From assembly GCA_964016885.1 (NCBI GenBank), contig OZ024746.1, positions 94,922,001 to 94,986,000 on the forward strand: DNA of 64,000 bases, given 5' to 3'. This stretch comes from Eledone cirrhosa (taxonomy: Eukaryota). Both the position numbers and the translations under genes were made by a program. Shown here piece after piece: positions 55,130 to 64,000 of this stretch. The notes beneath the pieces were generated by a model, which was given only the letters and a program-made list of their open reading frames with translations, was not told the DNA's origin and made no database searches. The first letter of the stretch is position 1; every line of letters begins with the position of its first letter.

Positions 55130-55880
55130 AGAACGGCATCCTCAAACACTTCTTCCAGCGAGTCCTGTCAGAAGCAACCGTCTTCAACTGATCCGAATGG
55201 ATCCCCAAGCCTGACCAGCCAAGCTCATGGATGTTATCCAACCCTCTTCCTCGGGGTCTACCCCTGGATCTACCACCAGTTGGTTTTGCCCGTAAAATCT
55301 GTCCACCGATTCTTTCCTGAGACATTCTAACCGCATGCCCATAGTATCGGAACTGTGATCTCTCAATTCAGAGAAATAGCGGCTCTACCTGGGGTGACTA
55401 TCTGATCTCCGAGGTACGCACTTTATTCTAAAGGCCCTTCGAATGAATCACATTTCGGCCGCTAGTATTTGCGATCGTATTCCTTCGGGCATTACCCAAG
55501 ATTCATGACTATGTAAGGATTAGCACAAAAACTGAATTGAGTTTGGCTCCCCCCCCCCTTATGATTAATGAATGCTGAAGCTGGCGCATTCACCAGCTTT
55601 TGCAATTCTTGCACCTAATTCAGCCTCCTGCCTTCCATCACTCGTGAACACGCTACCAAGATACTTGAACTTCTCTACCTGCTTCAGTGGAACTCCATTC
55701 ACATGTAGAGTGCACTGCGCAGGCTTCCTTGGGAAGCCAAGTGTCTCAGTTTTCGCAGCACGGATTTTCATTCCACCTATGCAGCACTCGACATGAAACC
55801 TATCGCGTGCAAGTCGAAGATCACCTTCTGTTGAGTTGAGTAACACCATGTCGTCTGCAAATTCCAGCCGACTAATTTTA
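55130..55880 (-). mobile_element. RTE-like LINE RT and C-terminal fragment
   Basis: LEFADDMVLL..GMKIRAAKTE..LKQVEKFKYLGSVF; RMSQERIGGQILRAKPTGGRSRGRPR. Confidence 0.85.
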
Positions 55881-57700
55881 CACATGTTTCTTTATACATT
55901 GGATTGATATCGATAGTCGATCGACTTTCGTCAAATCGGACCGAGGAAACTGTTCTCATTGATCTTTCCAATTGTTAATACTATCTATCGGTCGCAACTC
56001 CAGGTAGAAGGAGAAACGACAAATAAAGTGTCTTGCTCAAGGACATAACACATCGCCAGGTCCAGGAATCGAACTCACAACCTCAAGATTGCGAATCCAA
56101 TTCTCTAACCACTTAGCCATGCGCCTTCACCTAAATCAAAAAAACTTTATTCATGATCGAAAAACTACATTATTAGAAATGCCATACGTTATAAAATAAA
56201 TAGGATGGGGTGGGGTCTCAATATGTAAACTAAACGGCGAATTCTGAGGTTTTTTTTAAAAGTCAATGGAGACAACCTAAAAAAATAACTGTAAGTGGAC
56301 AAAGAAGAAGAATGAATCAATGGAAAATGTGGAACCGTGAAAATATGCAAAGATTCCAAGATATTCAATTTACATTCTGTACTATTTCTAGACCAACAGA
56401 AAACGTTTTGTAAGTTGTGAAGTTATTTATAATTGTATGTGTTTTACAGTGTTTTTTGGTTCTTTTTAGAATGATAAAATAAACTGATATAAATGGATAT
56501 AAATATTGCATATATACACATCTATACATTTAGCACTTATATATGTAAGTTTATACAGAGAGGAAAATGTGCTATAAATATCTATAGCGCCGAAAGAAAC
56601 CTCTCAATATTCAGAAAGAAATATGTTTATGTGAGATATGGAAGGTATTTTGGTATTTGACCAATACAAAGGGTTGGGCTTAATGGTATATCATAAAAGA
56701 ATGATGATTCAGAGTATAGCAAAGACTGCCCTATCTCCCCAGTTTTAATCAATAAAATATATATCTTAAAGTATAACAAGTTGTTAACAGAATTATCACC
56801 TTTTGGAGAGATAATCACATTTATGGAGAGGAAGGAGGGAAATATACTTTAATCTTTCTCTATCTCTCATACTTTCTATCTTTCTTTCTCTATTTATCTA
56901 TCTTTCTGTCTCTCTCTCTCTTTCTCAATCTCTTTCTCTCTCTCTCTTTCTTTCTCTCAATCTCTCTCTCAGACACTCTCTCTCTCTTTCTTTCTCTTAC
57001 TCTCTATCTCACTTATTCTATTTCTCTCTCTCTCACACACACTCTCTTTCTAGCCCCCTTCCTCTCTCTCCACACATACACACTTATACATACATATATA
57101 TATATATATGCGAAATGCTTTGGTGTGGGTGCTGTCTATGAAGGTGTTGTCTCTCACTCTCCATCTCTCATTCTCCGCGCTCTCTCTCTCTCACTCTTCA
57201 TCTCTCATTCCCCTCTCTCTCTCCACCCATCTCTCAACCCCCTCTCTCTCTCTCTTACACAGAGAGAGAGAGCTAAAAAGAAAGCTAGATGGATTGTGTT
57301 CAAACATGAAAAGGAATAGACAGACCAAGGGTTAAAACAGCCAAGATGTAATAGGTCACAACAACCCCTTCCCATAACCCTATTAGGAATTATATCAACA
57401 GTGAATATGTGAGTGTACGAGTGTATGATTGTGTCAGTATGTCTGTCTCTAGGTTGGTCCACCTTTCTCGTTAAACGGTCTACTGGCAATATCACTAAAT
57501 GACACTCTTAAACATTAGCAAATACAGCTTCTGATAGAAAAATATAAAAAAACATGGATTTAAATGTTTAAAATGAGTTCGTTGTACTTCTATATTAAAC
57601 CAAGCGGTGAAACGTCCAGCTGGGAGGTTTTAATAAATGGGAAGAGGTGTGCGCGCATATATACAAGCACATATACATACATACACACACACACACATGA

Positions 57701-57757
<57 letters not shown>

Positions 57758-57762
<5 letters not shown>

Positions 57763-57860
57763 GAGCTTCTACAGGAATAGAACTGTTTCATTCGTGAGAA
57801 ATCATGAGGGAGCCCTGATGATTTCTCACGAATGAAACAGTTCCTGTAGAAGCTCTTCTA
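57758..57860. mobile_element. Head-to-head hammerhead palindrome (family of 13242)
   Basis: Plus arm CUGAUGA-U-UUC(ucac)GAA-U-GAAA-CAG(uuc)CUG-UA^-GAAGCUC with a damaged stem I. Minus arm core mutated to CUCAUGA. Confidence 0.65.
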
Positions 57861-57962
57861 TATTAAAACTTTTATACTCTGCTATGTATTGAGTACCTTA
57901 CTTACTGTGGTTACCTCCGATTCAACCCGGAATAACTTATATATATATTATATATATATATA

Positions 57963-58157
57963 TAACGGAGGAAATGTGGTAAGGAACCAGGTGGACCATA
58001 ACGCACCAAAGTACTCAATACTTAGGGTAGTTGAGTGGGTAATAGGAACGAGTAGGACCCCGACGGCTGAGCTCAAGCCGTTTCGACGGCTAATTCTGGA
58101 CTGAATTAGCCGTCGAAACGGCTTGAGCTCAGCCGTCGGGGTCCTACTCGTTCCTAT
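57963..58157. mobile_element. Palindromic PLE-pLTR-like element (family of 13942)
   Basis: Near-perfect inverted arms plus tail in (TA)n. Confidence 0.7.
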
Positions 58158-58213
58158 ATATATATATATTCACACATATATACACACACACGCATATATA
58201 TACATATATATAG

Positions 58214-58244
<31 letters not shown>

Positions 58245-58271
58245 CGCACACATATATATATAGACACACAA

Positions 58272-58306
<35 letters not shown>

Positions 58307-58371
58307 TATATATATACACACACATATATACACACACACACAGATATATATATATACACACACACATATAT

Positions 58372-58424
<53 letters not shown>

Positions 58425-58433
58425 TATATATAT

Positions 58434-58464
<31 letters not shown>

Positions 58465-59009
58465 CACACACATATATATATATATACACACGCATATATA
58501 TATATACACACACACATATATACATATATATATATATACACACACACATACACACACATATATATCGTTCGTCTCGTGTTTCCTTGACTTAATACCTCCA
58601 CGCTTAGGCAGACTCCTACGACTATGTAACTCTTCCTCCAAGCGTGAAACTAATAAATTTTGTTATTGCATCCTCTTGTTCGTTCATTTCGTGTTTCTTT
58701 GACTTGCACACACCCACCCACACTTGGATCGACGGGGAGGGTAAATGATCACACGCAAAGAAATGTTTACCTACCCAGCCGGTAGTTACAAGGTTCTATA
58801 TTGCTTGACCAGACGTTATTTCATTCCCGGTCTTTGCTTCTTCTATAAATATTAACAAATATACATAAGGACACAGATCCGACAACATTTTTCTATCTCC
58901 AGGGGCACATTACCCGATTTTCACACACACACACGCACGCACCCACGCACCCACGCACGCACGCACCCACGCACGCACGCACGCACGCACGCACAGACAC
59001 GCATCTATA

Positions 59010-59330
59010 TGTTATCGGATCTCCGTCGATTCCCAACGGCAAGAATTCGAACAGCCTGCTCGTGAACTTAACGTTCAAGTGGCTGAGCATTCTACAAGCA
59101 CGTGTACCCTTAACGTAGTTCTCAGGGAGATAGCGTGACTCAAGTGTGAGTGTCAATACCGGCCCTTTGAATTACGAGCACAAGTACAACTCGTTTTTGC
59201 CAGTTGAGGGGACTGGAGCAACGTGGCATAAAGGCCCTTGCTGAAAAACACAATATGCCACTGGGAATTGAACGGGTGACCTTATGATCGTAAGCTGAAT
59301 ACTCCAAATATTAAACCATGCACTTTCCCC
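59010..59330 (-). mobile_element. SINE family B, degenerate
   Basis: Matches the body of 43170-43487. Confidence 0.65.
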
Positions 59331-60314
59331 ACATTATAGGACGAGCTTCAGCAGCTTCCGTCTAACAAATTTCACTTAGGAGACATTGGTTAACCCCTGG
59401 TTGTAGTAAAAGACATTTCCCTTAGGTGCCCCGCAGTGGGGCTGGACTGAAAACCTCGTGGTTGCGAAGCACACTGCTTAACCGCTCCGTCATGCCTTCT
59501 CCTTGTGTCTGCCTGTGGTTGTGTGTGTGTATGAGACTAAATGGAAATAAATATTAAAGCAATCTAACAAAGGGCAAATAGTTATTTATTTGTGTATTTT
59601 GTTCACTGTGTTGAGCCCGATGGGATGTTGTTGTTGATGTTATTGTTGGTGGCTGAAAGCCGACATCCCATCTGATCTCATTCTAGAACGCAACGTGATT
59701 TCTTCATGCATACGAGATTCTCGAGAAAGCGTGAAATCAAGAAAGATTTTTTTTTTTTTCTCTTAAATAAAAAGAAAATTTCCTTAGTTAACGGACAGAT
59801 ATGAAGATGATCCAAAATAAAGAGAGAGAAATAAAGAGACAGGCAGACTGGCAGGTTTGATTATAGATATATAAAGGGGCCTCGTTTGCCTTAAAAATGT
59901 GAGGGGTACAAACCAACATTTGTTGATTTTTAAAGGAGCATAAATTGCTTATGGAGCCTTTCCCAAACCCTATCACATAAGTAACATTTTACGCTAATTA
60001 AATTTTATATATTCAAATAAAGTTCAGATATAAAAAAAATAAACTTAAAAATAATTTATTATATCAAATAAACAAAAAATAAAATATAGACGTTTGAAAA
60101 AGTGGTGGGAACTTGTCCCCTGGAACCCCCTGAAACAAGACCCTTGGATATATAGATAGGTATAGATACGTACTCTGGATCCCAAATAATATGGGAGGAG
60201 GATATGTGTGAAGGTTGGAAAATCGGTAATTTTTCTAGGTTGTTTCCGTTGATTTTTTTTTTTAAACCAAAATTAGTCGTTTAGTTTACATATTGAGATC
60301 CCAACACATTTATT

Positions 60315-60856
60315 CTATAAGTAGCACTGCCAGGCCAGGGACCTCTGGAAGTTGTCCATAGGTCCCGGGCGGAAAGTCCTACCGAACAGACTGATGAGCT
60401 CGTCGTCTTCGACGCCTAGAGTCCCCCCGAGCACGTCGTCGCACTTGTAAAGTACTAACCCTCTATAGAATGTCGAAGTGGAATCTCCACTGATTGCTGT
60501 GCCCGCTTGACAGAGGACTGTGAGTGCCTGGGCGCATTTAATGTGCCAGGCGCACATCTTCGGTCTTCGCTTGACTCAGGACTGCAGCTCCGTCAGCGAG
60601 ACAAGTTGTGCGAAGGCCTGTCTCACAAACGGTGCCCACACCGGTTGGTCGGTGAGGAATACCTGGAGATGCCGTAGCCTCAACGCATGTTTGCGCATCA
60701 TTAGCCATGGCATGCCCAGCCATCCGTTAGAAAAGTGTTGACAGCAGACGGATCTCCTCACCAGTGGAGCCTGCTTCTTCCACAGGAACTGGAAGAGCAT
60801 GCGTTCCATCTTGGTGAGGTATTCACGGGGACAAGGCACGACAGTCAAGCGATAGA
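60315..60856 (-). mobile_element. Tx1-like LINE post-RT fragment
   Basis: YRLTVVPCP..LFQFLWKK..VRR..GWLGMP (cf. FLW..RR..GGLGxP); RPGPMDNFQRSLAWQ. Confidence 0.7.
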
Positions 60857-61130
60857 TACACATATTTAAAGATAAAACAGACATTTGAAGATAGAAACAA
60901 TGAAGTACTTTTATACAATGACAGAAGCATTTATTGAAAACTGTATGGATGGATATATTGGTATAGTGTCACAGAAACCTTTAAACAGTCAGACAGGTAC
61001 ATTTGAAGATAGATGGGTGTAAATATTTAACTATAGATAACTAGATATATTGATATATCTATAGAAAGGCAGATGCATTTAAAGATAGATGGTTGGTTAG
61101 ATAATATGTGTGAGTGTGTGTATATATGTG

Positions 61131-61161
<31 letters not shown>

Positions 61162-61315
61162 ATGCAAGCTCACACATTTATATATATACATACACACACT
61201 TATATATATGGGCCTTCCAGTTTCATTCCCCATTATAAACATGTCTGTCTATATTTAAATTATTTAAAAACTATTTTTAAGTGAACATGATTTTTTTTAA
61301 ATATTTTGAAGAGAA

Positions 61316-61344
61316 CGTGACCCAGCGGGTCACGGGTGGTCTAG
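61316..61344 (+). mobile_element. Helitron 3' terminus
   Basis: GC hairpin cgtgaccc-agc-gggtcacg, then ggtggt-CTAG|T. Confidence 0.65.
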
Positions 61345-61722
61345 TATATATATAAAGGTAAACAAGATATCGTGTTGGGTTACCTTAGTTCAGGTCGTCC
61401 AGACTAATCTCTACTAAGGAGTGTTTCAACGTACGGCGGTAGTTGACTCAACAAGTTGTTTACTACGGTAGGTTAGTGGAAGGATAGTTCCTCAGTAGGT
61501 ATTGGAGTAGTTACAAGAGGTAAAAAGAGGATTAACACGTGATATAATAGGGTTTATTCCAAACATTTACATATGTTTCATCTCCAGGTGTTAAATTGAT
61601 TTCTGTCTTGAAATCGCTATCCTCAATAATCAATTGATAATTGTGAAAACTCGATTTTAAATACATAAAATAATACAACGTGGCTGACGGACTTTCAAAA
61701 CACACACATATATATATATATA

Positions 61723-61870
61723 CAGTAATCCCGTGGTAATCACGGTTACCTTTTCGTGGTCCCGCTACATCGGGGATTTTTCTTTGGAATGTATCTAATT
61801 TCCTATCGCGGTAATCCTCGCTACATCACGGATTTTTCGTTAGAACATATCCATTTTCTTATAGAAGTAC
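61723..61870. mobile_element. Tigger/pogo-like terminal fragment
   Basis: TA-cagtaatcccgtgg start with subterminal cgctacatc repeats. No right TIR found. Confidence 0.35.
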
Positions 61871-62749
61871 GTAAGTAGCTCTGAATGAAAAAGTGTGATT
61901 GAAGTGTATATCGCAAGGAAGAGGCATCTTAAGGCTTTAACTATTAAAAACTGTTTTTAGTTTTCATTCTAATTCTGTTTCACTGATTGTGTTTTTCTCT
62001 AATCTACTACAGACCCTTCATAGATTGACGGGAGATGTGCAGTGTATTACCAAGCGGCTGCCATGTCTGGTAGAAAGAGAATGACGACCATTACCACTTC
62101 CGACCTTTATTTCTGTATTATCACAAACTATTCAATGTTATGCCCTCGTCAGCCCTGTAAATAGAAACAAAATCTTTATTAAGTCATCCCACGACTTCTT
62201 TGGTAGTTATTGCTCCTATCTTCCTACGTGTCCACCAACCATCCCTTTTGAACTAGTAACCAGATATAAAACTTTCATCACTTTCTAATTATCTTAATTG
62301 ACAAGGTTGCCGTGTTTCGTTGGTAATTTTACTAATAATGATGGCTATTGTTATGGTTGCTACTATCGTACACTTTCATTTCTTTTTATCCGCCACGACG
62401 TTGCGATTCTTGCATTTATCTACATGCTCTTTCTACTTATTCCTGTATTATCATAAATCATGTATAATTTTATACTCAACTTCCTCCACAACGTTCTGGC
62501 TAATCCTTTATATTTTTCTATATTCTCTCTACAAGTTTTAGATAAGAACGATGCTTCTCTTAGTGACTTTTCCTTTCTTTAGTTGTTATGCTCTAACAAT
62601 TTAACCCTCTTTGGATCCTACAGATCTATTTATCTCCCAACTCGTAATTTGATAAAAATAAAAAAAAAACTCTCACCAAGCCCCATTTGCTTTTAACCAA
62701 CTGAATTACCGTGGTTTTGGTAACATTGAGGGTAATGATGCATATTCAT

Positions 62750-63160
62750 TATTTGGGTAATTGCTGGCCTTGTGCTAAAAGTAGAAACAATTATTATTAT
62801 TGGCAGTGGATTGGCAGTATCGGTAGAGGGTCGGACGCCATGCTTTCTAGCATAGTTACGTCCCTTTACAGTTTGAGTTCAAATCCCGATGAGGTGAACT
62901 TTGCCTTTCATCCTTACGGGGTCGATAAAATAAAGTACCAGTAATGTACTGTGTCAAAAGTAGAAACAATTATTACTAATTCAGAAGGGCGGTGGATTGG
63001 AAGTATCGGTAGGGTATCAGACACCATTCTTGGCGGCATATAGTTAGGGCTCTTTACGTTCTAAGTTCAAATCCCACCGATATTAGCTTTGCCTTTTATC
63101 CTTACGGGAGTCGATAAATAAAGCACCAGTAATGCACTGGGGTTGATTTAATCGACTTTC
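62750..63160 (+). mobile_element. Cluster of SINE family A copies
   Basis: Tail fragment 62750-62790, copies at 62805-62975 and 62986-63160. Confidence 0.85.
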
Positions 63161-63388
63161 AAAGTACTTTACTGTGATTCTCTTCGGTTAATTCTGAGCC
63201 TTATTTGAGATAGTTCTATATTTGTATTTAGTGAGCACTCGATGCTCCCGCAGAGCAGAGTATAATACTATGAGTCAGGTTCGATCAATAATAGGTCGTT
63301 CCTCGAGCTGATCGATAGTGAAACATATGTAATCTGTTATTAAATATGTTATGATGCAACACTGACACTTTGTTCCTTTATTCTTATA

Positions 63389-63472
<84 letters not shown>

Positions 63473-63677
63473 GGAGATAGGTAGTTAGAGATAAAGAAGT
63501 TAGCTAGATAGGCGCAGATAGAAAAAGTGAGAACTCTATTGACAGAACGTTGATTTCTGTCATAAACTTTAGATCATTTGAAGCAATCCCCATCCTCTCC
63601 TCTTCTTATCTTACATCTGTTTCATGAATTAATTCTAAATAAAAAAAGATTAGAACGTTTTTATAAATCATTATTAC

Positions 63678-64000
63678 AGGGGTTGGCAGTATCGTTAGAG
63701 GGTTGGACGCCATGCTTTGCAGCATGAAGTTACGGGCCTTTACGATCTGAGTTCAAATATCGCCGAGGTTAACTTTGCCTTTCATCCTTACGGGGTCGAT
63801 AAAATAAAGTACCAGTAATGTACTGGGTAATTGCTGGCCTTCTGCCAAAAGTAGAAACAATTGTTTACAGTTATAAGGATATTATCGGTAGAGCGTGAAA
63901 CACCATGCTTTGCAGCATAGAGTTTTAGCCTTTTACGGTTTGAGTTCAAATCCCGCCGAGGTTATCTTGCCTTTCATCGTTACAGGGTCGACTAATAAAG
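63678..64000 (+). mobile_element. Two tandem SINE family A copies
   Basis: 63678-63862 and 63880 to the window end. Confidence 0.85.

Overview
AT-rich, microsatellite-dense animal genomic DNA, intronic or intergenic. The two dominant tRNA-derived SINE families resemble those I recall from octopus, so a coleoid cephalopod origin is inferred but not verified. No intact protein-coding gene is visible. The window is made of decayed mobile elements: RTE-like and Tx1-like LINE fragments, six 3' fragments of CRE-clade elements with a restriction-like endonuclease, many SINEs, hAT and Tc1/mariner/pogo MITEs with clear TSDs, Helitron pieces, long simple-repeat tracts, and a 97-bp tandem array amplified from a LINE 3' end. 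The most striking hidden signal is RNA structure. About eight complete-looking and several degenerate type I hammerhead ribozyme motifs occur, from at least six unrelated sequence families. Most sit in short fold-back elements embedded in (TA)n/(CA)n tracts, as expected for Penelope-like element pLTR remnants or non-autonomous derivatives. One hammerhead has its three strands in reversed order. A few strong + strand splice-site pairs suggest a spliced, possibly non-coding, host transcript. All folds and translations were done by eye.
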